Origin: Octopus vulgaris
Taxonomy: Eukaryota
Direction: 5' to 3'
Assembly: GCA_951406725.2 (NCBI GenBank)
Contig: OX597819.1
Coordinates: forward strand, 33,790,001-33,854,000
Length of the DNA: 64,000 nucleotides
This document shows, piece by piece, positions 1-12,563 of this stretch. Every line of letters starts with the position of its first letter. Within the stretch, counting starts at the first letter, position 1. The notes below the pieces were generated by a model. That model searched no databases. It was not told the origin of the DNA and was given only the letters and a program-made list of their open reading frames with translations. A program made the position numbers and the translations under genes.

Positions 1-990
1 TATCTGTGGTTTTGCTTGGCTTCATGGGGATTCTTCTCAAGCACAACATAATGCCGAAGATCATGGCCATTGCCTCCATGAGGCTGAACCCTTAAAAGGA
101 GCTCAGCCACTTTGCCTCCATGAAGCCTAACACTCAAAAGTAGGTTTTTACGTGCCACCAAAATGGGTGCCAGGAATGTGACACCAGCATCAGTGACGAC
201 TATGATTTCACTTGGCTTGACGGCACAGCATATCACCAACAGTCTCAGTCACTATTTATTGCCTCTGTGAGGCCCAACGTTTGAAGATCATGCTTCATCA
301 CCTCGTCCCATGTCTTCCTGGGTCTACCTCTATCACCGGTTCCTTTCACAGTTGGATATCGGCACTCCTTTACACAGCTGTCCTCATCCATATACATCAC
401 ATGACCACACCAACACAGTCGTTTCTCTTGCACACAACATCTGATGCCTCTTATTTCCAACTTTTCTCTCAAGATGCTTGCACTCTGACAAACATACACA
501 CTGACACTGCACACCCAGCGAAACATACTGGCTTCATTTCTTACAAGCTTACACATGTCCTTGGCTGTCACAGCCCATGTTTCACTGCCATGTAGCATAG
601 CTGTCAAGGCGGCAAGCTGGCAGAAACGTTAGCATGCCGGGCGAAATGCTTAGTGGTATTTCGTCTGCCGTTACGTTCTGAGTTCAAATTCCGCTGAGGC
701 TGACCTTGCCTTTCATCCTTTCGGGGTCGATAAATTAAGTATCATTTACGCACTGGGGTCGATGTAATCGACTTAATCCCTTTGTCTGTCCTTCTTTGTC
801 CCCTCTATGTTTAGTCCCTTGTGGGCAGTAAAGAAATAATGTAGCATAGCTATTCGCACACGAGCATCATGCAATCTGCCTTTCACTCTGAGAGAGAGGC
901 TCCTTGTTGCCAGTGGAAGCAAGAGCTCTCTGAACTTTGCTCAGCCTAACTTATTCTCACAGCAACACTCACAGTGCATCCACCTCCATA
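1..990 (-). mobile_element. RTE-clade LINE 3' remnant (ORF C-terminus plus part of 3' UTR), interrupted by a SINE
   Basis: ORF 245..607 has MLHGSETW...RGRPRKTW...DLQTLGL, typical of the RTE C-terminus. The frame resumes beyond the SINE (852-990: AKFRELL..LSLRVKGRL). Confidence 0.85.
608..838 (+). mobile_element. SINE family A (tRNA-like head)
   Basis: A/B-box-like head (GAGTTCAAATTCC); >15 homologous copies in the window; 13-bp TSD ATGTAGCATAGCT at 590-602 and 839-851. Confidence 0.9.
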
Positions 991-1029
991 CTACCAGTGG
1001 CTTACCCCACTGGCAGTTGACAGAGTCTA

Positions 1030-1214
1030 TTTTCTGTGCAATATACTGCGTATACTTCTACAATGCACAAAATATCTTAATTGTTTTAGACAATTCCTAA
1101 TAATATTTAGTTTTAAAAATATGCTTTTTTTTTAACATCGAGTGGCTATGAGTGTCCAGCACAGTAAAATAGAAATCAAAGGGTCCATAGGTAAAAGATT
1201 GTTGAGACCCTTTG
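1030..1214 (+). mobile_element. hAT-like MITE fragment (family of 4246-4497)
   Basis: Homologous to the 3' two-thirds of 4246-4497 and ends in a degenerate GTTGAGACCC TIR. Confidence 0.55.
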
Positions 1215-1220
1215 CTCTGT

Positions 1221-1400
1221 ATAGTCATTCAACCTGATAACAAATATTAGCCAAACTTCCCTAATTCTACATCTTATTGTCTTAATAGGAATAAAAAATA
1301 TGGTAAACAATAGTCTTAGATGTATAAAAAGATGGAATGGTCATAGTTCGAATACCTTTGACCATAGTTTTGCATGATCAGAGAACTAAACATCGACAAC
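1221..1400 (+). repeat. Old interspersed repeat (family G, probable SINE 3' part)
   Basis: Similar to 5733-5915(-), 13120-13290, 36850-37025, 40745-40890 and 46300-46435 (motifs TAGCAGCCAAAT, GGATGGTCATGGCTGGAAT). Confidence 0.55.
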
Positions 1401-1442
1401 ACCAATCAGCAGCATTGCAGATCCTGTGTATGATTATTAAAT

Positions 1443-1443
<1 letters not shown>

Positions 1444-1540
<97 letters not shown>

Positions 1541-1546
1541 TCTCTC
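1444..1546. repeat. (CT)n microsatellite
   Basis: Direct observation. Confidence 0.95.
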
Positions 1547-1844
1547 TTCAGACATTGACTTAGAGGCATTCTAGACTCCAGTAAATCCTTACTTTCACAT
1601 CATCTATTTTACTTCCCCTCATTCTCAGCTTCCTAGATCACCTCTGCAACACACACTCACTCACACATATACATACACTGGCTAATGCACACACACACAC
1701 ATACATATGCACACAAACATATTAAAATATTACAAGCAGTCTTTCATTCCAAACACTGTCTCACTGTCAAACACCAACCCCTTCTGTGTGCTCCCTATTC
1801 ACTACACCAAATATCACTTATACACACATGGTATTCTTCTGTCA

Positions 1845-1916
1845 GCGTCGGTGGTGTAATGGTTAGCATGGTTGCCTTCCAAGCAGTTGATCTGGGTTCG
1901 ACTCCCGGCCGACGCA
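1845..1916 (+). tRNA. tRNA-Gly-TCC: tRNA-Gly(TCC), gene or recent retrocopy
   Basis: 72-nt cloverleaf: acceptor GCGTCGG/CCGACGC, D arm GTGT/GCAT, anticodon arm GTTGC-CTTCCAA-GCAGT, T arm CTGGG-TTCGACT-CCCGG, discriminator A, no encoded CCA. T4 follows at 1926-1929. Confidence 0.9.
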
Positions 1917-1931
1917 GGCGATAGCTTTTAT

Positions 1932-2162
1932 GGTGGCGAGCTGGCAGAAACGTTAGCACGCCGGGCGAAATGCCTAGCGGTATTTCATCTGCCGTTACAT
2001 TGTGAGTTCAAATTCCGCCAAGGTTGACTTTGCCTTTCATCCTTTCGGGGTCGATTAAATAAGTACCAGTTACGCACTGGGGTCAATGTAATCGACTTAA
2101 TACCTATGTCTGTCCTTGTTTGTCCCCTCTATGTTTAGCCCCATGTGGGTAATAAAGAAATA
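1932..2162 (+). mobile_element. SINE family A
   Basis: Full monomer homologous to 608-838, lying 15 nt downstream of the tRNA. Confidence 0.9.
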
Positions 2163-2439
2163 GGTATTCTTCTGTTAAGAAATATATACCTCATTCTATA
2201 TTGCTCCACCACATCCAAAACTTCACCATACCAACACCGCTACAAAATTCAACCAAGATTGAACCTATATAACAACACCTTGTCACTAATTATTTTGTTA
2301 ATAACAACTTTCATTATTATTGAATTAAAAATCTCTCCATGGCCACCTAAGATAGTTTGTGACAGTGCATGTGCACATGACTATGTACTCACATGTGGAG
2401 ATGTAATGGCCTAGGAAAACAGTGAAAAATTAAATATAA

Positions 2440-2853
2440 GCGCAGGAGTGGCTGTGTGGTAAGTAGCTTGCTAACCAACCACATGGTTCCGGGTTCAGTT
2501 CCACTGCCTGGCATCTTGGGCAAGTGTCTTCTGCTATAGAACCGGGCCGACCAATGCCTTGTGAGTGGATTTGGTAGACAGAAACTGAAAGAAGCCTGTC
2601 ATATATATGTATATATATATGTATGTGTGTGTATGTGTTTGTGTGTCTGTGTTTGTCCTCCTAGCATTGCTTGACGACCGATGCTGGTGTGTTTACGTCC
2701 CCGTAACTTAGCAGTTCGGCAAAAGAGACCGATAGAATAAGTGCTGGGCTTACAAAGAATAAGTCCCGGGGTCGAGTTGCTCAACTAAAGGTGGGCGGTG
2801 CTCCAGCATGGCTGCAGTCAAATGACTGAAACAAGTAAAAGAGTAAAAGAGAG
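2440..2853 (+). mobile_element. SINE family B (tRNA-like head, internal (TA)/(TG) microsatellite, GTAAAAGA tail)
   Basis: Head GCGCAGGAGTGGCTGTGTGGT...GGTTCAGTYCC; about 15 copies in the window. Confidence 0.9.
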
Positions 2854-3049
2854 TGTACAAGGTTCTACTAAGTTTTCTAACAGCAACTAAAAACAAAGCA
2901 AAAAATTTCTCAGTTCAAAGGTGAAGGTTTCATAATGATTTGTTAAATGGTTTCATTGTACTGATTCTCAATACTCGACCATGACTTTTTATCTCACTTA
3001 GTAAATACGCTATCTCTCTCTTTCTCTTTCTTTCTTTCTCTCTCTCTCT

Positions 3050-3076
3050 CTGTATGTGTGGCACATGTGTGTATAT

Positions 3077-3137
<61 letters not shown>

Positions 3138-3240
3138 TATACTTACACATGCACACACACATATATATATATACATATACACACACACATATATATACAT
3201 AACACAAAGATATATTATGCACACACACGCACACACACTA
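3050..3240. repeat. (TA)/(CA) compound microsatellite
   Basis: Direct observation. Confidence 0.9.
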
Positions 3241-3787
3241 ATTTATATATTATCACTTCTAAAGTTGCAATAAGAGATTTCTAAGTGTGCTGGCCAACAG
3301 AAATATTTTTTTTCTTTCTTGTTTTTTAAAAAAGCCAGATTCTTCAGATTCCTAAGTAACTACACATGCCATACCATAACGACTGCCAAATTTCTAAATT
3401 TATTATGTAACAACAGAAAAAAAAAACTTTCAATAATGAAAGTGAATACCACATTACTATACCCTAAAAACAGGTAAAAAAATTAAACAGGCAATAAAAG
3501 GTTCATCCACCCCCACCCACCCAAATACAATACAAATACTGCTTTTGCAACAAAACTTGCACTCAATCTCATAGAGAAATACCAAATTTAGACTTGCTTA
3601 AAATATAATGCTATCCCTATATTTTTAAAACACCCATCTGTAGTTCCTTCTTCACCTTCCTTTGAAATTTAGCTTTATCTCTCCTCCTCCACTTTCCCCC
3701 TCCTCTTCATCCATCTTTGAACTTTATTTTTATATTTGACATCACTGTTACCACCATCAACATTAAGAGGGAGTTTATGTGATTGCT

Positions 3788-4080
3788 GTGAAGGCACATG
3801 GCTCAGTGGTTAGAGTGTCAGGCTCACAATCATGAGGCAGTGAGTTCAATTCCTGGACTGGGCTGTGTGTTGTGTTCGTGAGAAAATCGCTTTATTTTCA
3901 CATTGCTCCAGTTCACTCAGCTGTAGAAATGAGTTGCAACATCAGACATGCCAAACTATATTGGTCTTTGCCTTTCCCTTAGATAACATTGATGGCATTG
4001 AGAGGGGAGACTGGTATGCATGGGTTACTGCTGATCATCCACAAAACAATCTTGCCCAGACTTGTGCCCCAGTGAGTTGC
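3788..4080 (+). mobile_element. SINE family D variant
   Basis: tRNA-like head TGGCTCAGTGGTTAGAG...GAGTTCAATTCC plus the TTGCTCCAGTYCACTCAGCTG core shared with 15787-16545 and 54136-54455. Confidence 0.75.
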
Positions 4081-4245
4081 TAGCAGGAAGATAGATAATG
4101 TCAGAAAGATGAGAACAATGAATAAGATCTGGAGCCAGAGTAAAATTTAGTAAAGGAAATTGAAGTCGTGTTCTGTTGAGTAGAACATCTAAGAATTGAT
4201 ATCAGCTTTCAACCAAGTATTACCAGAAAACTTATCAGTTAGGTC

Positions 4246-4497
4246 TACTGATTCTCAACCAGAGTTATTATGACTATTAGGGGTCAATAAAAGATTTTTT
4301 TTTTTCGATTTGTTAAAATTTACGTGCAATAAATTGTTTACACTTCCTCGATACACCAAATATCTTAATTTTTTTTAAGCAATTCCAAATAATATTTAAT
4401 TATAAAAATATAAAACATCAAAGGGCTATGAGAGTCTGCCCAAGTAAAATAGGAATGAAAGGGGTTCGTTTGTAAATAAAATGGTTGAGAATCCCTG
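4246..4497 (+). mobile_element. hAT (Charlie-like) MITE
   Basis: TIRs TACTGATTCTCAACC / GGTTGAGAATCCCTG; related copies at 1030, 8641-10131 and 20266. Confidence 0.7.
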
Positions 4498-4806
4498 AAC
4501 TAGATATTATCACCAGCATTTCGTTTTACCAGCTTGGTATTAACATCAAGCTCAATGACTTGCACTTGGCACCAAGCCTAGACAATGTATAGTTAACATC
4601 ATGTTTAACAACAGGAGGTTGGCACTGAGCTTAACAAACTTCAATTCACATCAATCTGGAATGATATGCCTGATTTCAAGCTAAACAGCATGAATTGATT
4701 TACATATTAACAAATAAGTTGAATCTAAAAGTCTTAAATCAGAAGTCACTTTAATTAGCAGCTGTTGTAAGGGAATCTAAAAAGAAATCAGAATATATGG
4801 ATTATA

Positions 4807-5270
4807 GGAACACCCATGACTGTGTGGTAAGAAGTTTGCTTCCCAACCACAAGGTTTTGAGTTCAATCTCAATACATTGCACTTTTGGCAGATGCCTCAG
4901 GCTAACCAAAACCTTGTGTATGGATTTTATATATGGAAACAGATAGAAGCCCATCGTGTATATGTGTGTGTGTGTGTGTGCACGTGCATGTGTGTGTATG
5001 CATGCATATATGTGTGTGTGTGTGCATGTGTGAGAGAGAAAGAAGGACATTGTGTTTGTGTTTGTTCCCCCACCACCATCACTGCTTGACCACTGGTGTT
5101 GCTTTGATTATGTCCCCATAACATAGTGGTTTGGCAAATGAAACCAGTAGAATAACTAGCAGTCTTTAAAAAAGAAACGAGTACAAGGGTCGTTTTTTTT
5201 CACTAACACCCTTCAAGGTGGTGTCCCAGCATCACTGCAGTTCAATGACTGAAGTAAGTAAAAGATAGAA
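4807..5270 (+). mobile_element. SINE family B (diverged)
   Basis: Homology to 2440-2853. Confidence 0.8.
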
Positions 5271-5308
5271 AAACAAAGGACAAAAGATACTGGAAGAGAA
5301 ATAACATG

Positions 5309-5718
5309 GGTGCAGGTGTGGCTGTGTGGTAAAAAGCTTGCTTCCCAGCCACATGGTTCCGGGTTCGGTCCCACTGTGCAGCACCTTGGGTAAGTCTCTT
5401 CTATCATAGCCTTGGATTAACCAAAGCCTTGTGAGTGGATTTGGTAGACAGAAACTGATAGAAGACCATCTTATATATATATATGTATATATACCTATGT
5501 GTGTATCTGTGTCTGTGCTTGTCCCCCATCACCATTTGACAACTGGTGTTGATGTATTTACATCCCTGTAATTTAATAGTTCAGCAAAAGCAACTAATAG
5601 AATAAGTGTCAGGTTTTTAAAAAATAAGTCCTGGGGTCAATTTATTTGAGTAAAACATCAAGACAGTGCCCCAGCAAAGATGCAGTCTAATGACTGAAAC
5701 AGGTAAAAGATAAAAGAT
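5309..5718 (+). mobile_element. SINE family B
   Basis: Homology to 2440-2853. Confidence 0.85.
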
Positions 5719-6030
5719 ATTTGTGGCTATAGTTGTCGTCTAATCCTAAATCAACTCTGATGAAGCAAGCCTATATTTAAAAGTGTTAAACTATGACTGT
5801 CTGATTTTTTTCCCAGGTCAACAAACACCTGTCTCCAACATTTCTAAGACAGCAAGATGTGATTTGAGGTAGATGTGGTTACTATTTCAGCTAGAACAAG
5901 TGATTGCATAGAGGTTCTCTCATGGTCTCAAACTGATTTGTGTTCAACACTCAAGAGATTTCACGAACTATACATGGACTGATCTATTACTCAAAGCTGG
6001 TAGTTTGCTATTGTAAGAAATGTATTTAGC

Positions 6031-6259
6031 GACGGCGAGCTGGAAGAAACGTTAGCACGCCAGGTGAAATGCTTCTCGGTATTTCGTCTGGTGTTATGTT
6101 CAGAGTTCAAATTCCGCCGAGGTCAACTTTGCCTTTCATCCTTTCGGGGTCGATAAATTAAGTACCAGTTACGCACTGGGGTCGATCTAATTGATTTAAT
6201 CCCTTTGTCTGTCCTTGTTTGTCCCCTCTATGTTTAGCCCCTTGTGGGCAATAAAGAAA
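6031..6259 (+). mobile_element. SINE family A
   Basis: 17-bp TSD TAAGAAATRTATTTAGC at 6014-6030 and 6260-6276. Confidence 0.9.
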
Positions 6260-7071
6260 TAAGAAATATATTTAGCTCCTCAAAGAATGGCAGAAAAGCA
6301 ATGAATGTAAAGTTGCATGTGTGCATGAGTGTGTATACATATGTGTGTGTGTATATGTGTTTATATGTATATATACATATGTATGTATATGTGTGTATAT
6401 ATATATATATGTGCATGTATGTATGTGCGAGTGTGCTTGTGTGTGTATGTGTGTCCCCACTGGAATGAGCATTAGAAATGTATTTCCCAAATAATTAATG
6501 CATTTGGGTATTTTGAGTTGTTTCCATAATAGGAAAACAGTGTGACATTTGTCACTTTATGCTGAAATTACATCTAACAATCCTGTTATGATAGTGCCAC
6601 TGTGGTGTGTGCACGTATGTGTGAGTGCGCATGTGTGTTAATGTGTATGTGTATATGTTATAGGGGAGGTGAATGGAGTACACACACACATATGTGTATG
6701 CATGCAAAATACAATACCAGTGTAAGTTCTTCACCTGGTTGTGAGAATAGAATGCGAATAAACTATATTTGGTTGCTATGGAAGAAAGCAGGGTTATATT
6801 GGGAAGGAATTTGTGAGCAATAAATAGCTAAGTCTCTCAATATTGCATGAGAGAAGCAGAAAAGGTAAATAAATAATAAATAAATAAATAAATGAAGAAA
6901 ATGAGCAATGTAGAGGGACTGATGCCTAAGGGCTGCTGGATGTAAGATTCCAGCAGTTTGGGTGAAATACCATCCTTGGTAAGTATGCCAGTAACCATCT
7001 ACAGAATTCCTGCTAATGAAGAACTTGTATTCCAGGATAACATCAGTCTGTTATAATAAGGGTCTTCTCTG

Positions 7072-7135
<64 letters not shown>

Positions 7136-7943
7136 CATGTGTGTGTAAGCATGTGCTTCTATGTGCACATACTCATATATGCACACATACATGTCCATAC
7201 ATACATACATACACATATGATAGGGGTGAAGCATCAGTTGTAGGGTTGAGAAGGAGAATTATTTTGCTTATTTTACAGATATTTAAGGAAGTATTATGGG
7301 AAGTAGATTATTATTATTATTATCATCATTATTATTATTATTAGTTCTCGAAGCGTACACATGTTTGTTTACTTAGCTCTGAAGTTAGACTATATTTATA
7401 GCATAAGTAAATGAATTTTCTTTGGATTACTTGCTAAAAAGGATTATAATACTCTGAGGAAATCCTGTCCTCTATACCTGGAGGGTAGACAATTAAGAAG
7501 AAGGTTTGTTTTTACAGCCTTTTTCTTATTTATTTATTTATGTATACAATATTTTCACTTTCAAAGCAACCCAATACAAAAACAGTACGACAAAATTTTG
7601 CAACAGCCAACAAAGAAAAAGCTAAAACAGCCAAAAAATAACCGAATTAACAAAAAGAAAAAAAATTAAAAATTAAAAGAAAAATTAATATACAAGAATA
7701 TTCCAAACAGTCTAACAGGTGGTTTCAAAGACAGCAATATTTACACTTGAAATTGTTCATATAGTAGCTGTGTTAAACCAAACCTTACCTCAATTATGCA
7801 AAAAACAAAACAAGCATAATTTTTAAACTTCCATGAAAAAAAGGAGTGGGGAGAATTTTGTAAGATCAAAGAGTAGTTTTTGGCCTCAGGAACTAATCTA
7901 AGAGAGCAAAGAGCAAAATTACTTGCTGTGGAAGGGGACTTAA

Positions 7944-8164
7944 CCCTTTAGCATTTAAACCGGCCATATCTGGCCAAAAGTATTCTGCCTGTTTTATGTT
8001 CAAACTGGCCACATCTGGTCTCTCACACCAACCCTACAATATTGTTTAAAAAATTAACAGCTACCTCATCAAAATCTCAAAGCTACAAGATAAGGCATGA
8101 TTAGTTCAAAACAATGTGGATAAAAAAGGATTTATTTTGGGAGAATAATGCGAACACTAAAGGG
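7944..8164 (+). mobile_element. piggyBac-type MITE
   Basis: TTAA|CCCTTTAG...CTAAAGGG|TTAA; further copies at 41957-42613 and 56400-56512. Confidence 0.85.
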
Positions 8165-8640
8165 TTAATTATCCATCAGGATAAGAATTACAAAAGGCAC
8201 TTCAGGACATCTCAGGAAAATTCCTTTCAGTCAATAAAGGGAAAAGTTAAGGTACTATCTGCTGCCCTTTTAAAACTGAAGGCTCAGCCAAAACACAAGC
8301 TGAAATTGTTACAAATAATGTACCAGATATTTGTGAGAAAATGAAGATATCCACCATCCAGGAATATAATAAAGAGAGAATGAAAGAATGTTTACATGAA
8401 AAAGAAAAGGAGAGGGCTACAATTACATCAAACAACTATGTTGCTATAAATGCTGGGATGATAACCATTACAATGACAAATGACATCAGAGAGGAAAACA
8501 CACCCATGTCATCTGCATGTGATTTTTGAAGGGAGATGCTGCTGATGCTGACAACACCAATGCTGTCACCAATGATGATGGCAATGAAACCAAAACAAAA
8601 ATTTAGTCTGCTGTGATAACCAGCAGTGAATGAATTAAAC

Positions 8641-10131
8641 CAGTGGTTCCCAACCAAGGTCCATATGGCTTTTGGGGTCATATTGCTTATACTTCTATAA
8701 TACATAAAATAGTCTTTTATTCTTTTAAATGTTTCAGTTATTTGACTGTGGCCATGCTGGAGCATTGCCTTGATACTGGAGCACTGCTTTGATGCTGGAA
8801 CAATAACATTAATTACCATAAAAACCCATGTAATTTATGCATAAATTACATGAGTAGATCATCTCCAGAATTTTATGTAATTATTCTTTTGTTGAAAGAC
8901 GACGTACAAAATGTAAACACTCATATCAGAAGTTGACTCATTTAATGTCAAAATAGGTTTTTGCAGAAAAATAATGGCTTAAATATAATGAATTTAACTT
9001 TTATTTATGCTGGACAGTATAATGCTTTCTTTTTCTGTTTAAATTTACTAAAACCACTAAATGACTAACTACTTTTTGAAGTCTGACATTCATGCTGGTA
9101 AACACGGCCCAGGCCAGATTTTACATTGCTTGGAGTCTCTACTTATCATAATGGAACACCATTGACGTACATAGTGATATGGATATTCCTGACCAAAAAA
9201 TGTAATGATATGGATAATGTTAATTGTATGTTTTCATTTTTGCCTGATTATTACTAGACACAGTTTTAAGTTTGTCATACTCTTTACGCCAATTTTGAAC
9301 ATTGGCTTCAGTAACATTAAAAGGCAGCTCTATTGCCAGGTTCAAATGCATATTCAACATTTTAAATTTCTCCTTTGCAATGAACGATTCATAAATTCTG
9401 CTCATACTGACAATAATGGTAATGACAAATTTTTAAGTCTGCTTGACATTTTATAAGTGCGAAAGGGATTAAAATTTCGACACTCCATATCAAAGGTTCC
9501 AACGAAAATACGTTGTAAAGAATTCTGTTTACATAATCAGTTTGATCGGTCACCTTCCTCTGTTGGCTGAACAAAGTGTCATCCAAGCTGATGTTTATTG
9601 GTAATTAAACTTAATTTGCAACACCTGTGCATATTTATCAGCTTTGTTTTTGTGGGTAATTCTTATCAAAAACTTTTCCTGTGCTCGTGATTTGAGAAGA
9701 CATACAGCAGTATACTAAATATCAGACTTAATCTCTTGTGGGCAAGAAATGCAAAATAAAATTTATTATAAACTACACAAACACTTTATAATTTAATAGC
9801 TTTCAATGTAATACCTGTTAAACAGAATTTTTTTTTATTTAATGAAAATTGAATACAATCTAATCATAAGTGAAATTATGCTAAATACCACTAAACTGAA
9901 AACCTTTTTCCTCTGGCTATATCAGCAACTCTCAAAATTTTTGGATGTGAATTTTACAAGAGTAGAAGCTTTTTTTAACAAATTTTATCCTGACTATCAC
10001 CCACGTAAATTACACAGGTGTGCAAAATTGCATAATTGGATTTTTTCAAACATTGAATAGCCATAGGGTGCCAGTAGAGTAAAACAGAAATCAAAGTAGT
10101 TCACAGACAAGAAAATGGTTAAGAACCACTG
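8641..10131 (+). mobile_element. hAT MITE split by nested insertions
   Basis: TIRs CAGTGGTTCCCAACC (8641) and GGTTAAGAACCACTG (ending 10131); both flanking parts match 4246-4497. No clear TSD. Confidence 0.6.
8816..10032 (-). mobile_element. Non-autonomous pogo/Tc2-like transposon with Brinker-DBD transposase remnant (~9220-9405)
   Basis: TA|CCATAAAAACCCATGTAATTT end with GTAATTTA repeats at both ends. Frameshift-corrected translation SFIAKEK..VEYAFEPGNRAA..FNVTEANVQNWRK. Confidence 0.7.
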
Positions 10132-10424
10132 GGGTAAGTAGTCATTAGGATGTAAGAAAGAAAAGGCTAAAAATATAAATGAGATATTATATGCCAAGGA
10201 CTGATGAAACTTTCTATTACTAAGGTACAAAGCATCCCCCAAAATCCCATTTTCTATAAGAGTATAACAAGAAAAGGAAGAAAACATCAGTTTCCCACTT
10301 CAATACAAGTGGGAAAATGCCTGTAAGAAGCCTAAGCTAACAAGAGGTAAACAACACGAGACAGTTGTTGCTGTTTGCAACAGAAAGATGGTTGCTTATC
10401 GAATAAGTTTATCATGATCACATT

Positions 10425-10612
10425 ATACCTATTTCTTTACTACCCACAAGGGGCTAAACAAAGAGGAGACAAGCAAGGACAGACATAGGTATTAAGTCGA
10501 TTACATCGACCCCAGTCGATTACATCGACCTGGTACTTAATTTTATCAACCCCGAAAGGATGAAAGGCAAAGTCGACCTTGGCGGAATTTGAACTCAGAA
10601 CGTAGCGGCATA
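10425..10612 (-). mobile_element. SINE family A, 5'-truncated
   Basis: Reverse-complement homology to family A. Confidence 0.85.
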
Positions 10613-11069
10613 CCAACATGCAGCCCCACAGGGACCAAACTAGAGAGATCCTTGTCTTATATTTTATTTTTTGCTTGTTTCAGTCATTAGACTGTGGTCA
10701 TACTGGGGCACTGTTTTGAAAAATTTTTTGGCGAATGTATTGACCACAGGACTTACTGGTACCTTGCAGAAAAGGCATTCAAAAGCAAGTGAGGTTGAAG
10801 AGATAAATCTGCTAGTTTGACCCTCCAAACCAAAAATGACAGCAGCACAAACCACACTCCAGAAGACCTGATTACACAAGTCAAATCACCCAATAAGACC
10901 AATAACAACAATAACAACAACAACACAAACAACAATATCATCAGAAAAAGAAACTACATCAACCCCAGCAATAGCAAAAGACACACCAAGAAAAGGAGCA
11001 ACAAAAACAAAAACAACAGCATCAGCAGCAACAAGAACTGAAAGAAATTACAAATACTGAACCAGCCAG

Positions 11070-11402
11070 GATCCCTGGTCTGGTGGTACGTAAAAAGCAC
11101 TATCCGACACGTGGCCGATGCCAGCACCGCCTCGACTGGCCTCCGTGCCCGTGGCACGTAAAATATATCAATCCGACCGTGGCCGTTGCCAGCCTCGCCT
11201 GGCACCTGTGCAGGTGGCACGTAAAAAGCACCCACTACACTCACAGAGTGGTTGGCGTTAGGAAGGGCATCCAGCTGTAGAAACATTGCCAGATAAGACT
11301 GGAGTCTGGTGCAGCCTACTGGCTTCCCAGATCCCCGGTCGAACCGTCCAACCCATGCTAGCATGGAGAACGGACGTTAAACGATGATGATGATGATGAT
11401 GA
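11070..11402 (+). mobile_element. RTE LINE 3' UTR fragment with ~60-bp internal repeats and (GAT)n tail
   Basis: GGCACGTAAAAAGCAC repeats, TGGTTGGCGTTAGGAAGGGCATCC, and CATGCTAGCATGG...(GAT)n; linked to an RTE ORF end at 39830-40345. Confidence 0.75.
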
Positions 11403-12350
11403 CAACAACAACTCACCAGCAAACTTCTCATTTATGCAGTTCTTCAAAACAAGAATAAGTTCATGGAGTCTGTATATTCTAATAACGATAAAATTTTTAC
11501 TTCAGGGGAGATTTCTGGTGAGAATAACACCAGATATGTATTGTTCTCTCAGGAAACTTTTCCTAAATGACAAAGATTATGTAGAGCCCTTACAAAGGCC
11601 TTGATAGACAAACGCAGGGTAAGGGGCTTTTTCTTCCACTTTTTATTGTTCTGTTTTCCTACTTAAATGTCTTTACTAAAAGTAGGCAATGTAAATATGC
11701 ATGGCCTAGGGATCAGCATGGAATCTGAAAGATGTACTCAATAGGGTTTGAGAAAAGGTATCACTCAACCTCCTTCAGGAAAACTGTAAGGTACAAGCAT
11801 GCACCTAGGTTGACACACCTTCAGAAATATCTGGACTATTCTGACAGAGATGACAATGATACAAAATGAAGAGGATCTAGCTTTGGCATCCATCATGTGA
11901 GACATTCGTTTTTCTGAAGCTTGTGTCTTTGAACTGAAATCTTGGATGAAGCTTAAGCCAAGATTGGGCATTTGATATGTCGAATGTTGCTAGGTGCTCA
12001 CACCACCCTATCAGTTAGAGAACACTGTCAGTAGTAAAACAACTCTTGTATTCTATAGGAGATGAGAAGAGCACAAGCAGTTTCTCTTGAAGAACTTTTA
12101 AGTCAAGGACTACTTCCACATAGAAGTGGTACAGAATTAGTAGTGGTGATGCGGGATCATTCTAAGTCATTGGATCGGTGCTATATAAAGGTGGTCCACC
12201 ACTATTTGCACAGGGACTATATAATGGTGAGCCATTACTATATAGACAGGTGTTCCATTACTTTGTATACAGGAACTGTATAATGCTGGTCCATTACAAT
12301 ATACACAAGGACTCTATACTGGTGGTACATTAATATGTGTACAGGGACCA

Positions 12351-12563
12351 AGGTGGTGAGCTAGCAGAATCAATAGCATGTCAGGCAAAGTGCTTAGCAA
12401 CATTTCCTCCATCTTCATCTTCTGAGTTCAAATTCTGCCGAGGTTGACTTTGCTTTCATCCTTTTGGGGTCAATAAAATAAGTACCAGTTGAGCACTGGG
12501 TTCAATGTAATTGACTTAATCCCAACCCTTGAAATTGCTGGCCTTGAGCCAAAATTTGAAATC
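12351..12563 (+). mobile_element. SINE family A (alternative tail)
   Basis: Homology to family A; imperfect TSD AATATGTRTRCAGGGAC. Confidence 0.8.

Noticed and set aside
10201-10215. Other CTGANGA occurrences (5757, 7453, 10201, 23903, 40528, 43651, 60432)
   Set aside because: No compatible stem I, stem II and GAAA-UH arrangement found by eye.
10817-11060. Asn/Thr-rich ORFs, and a Val-rich minus-strand frame after a good acceptor near 11038
   Set aside because: Degenerate (ACA)n tract; the Thr-rich frame has an upstream stop and no ATG; no independent support.
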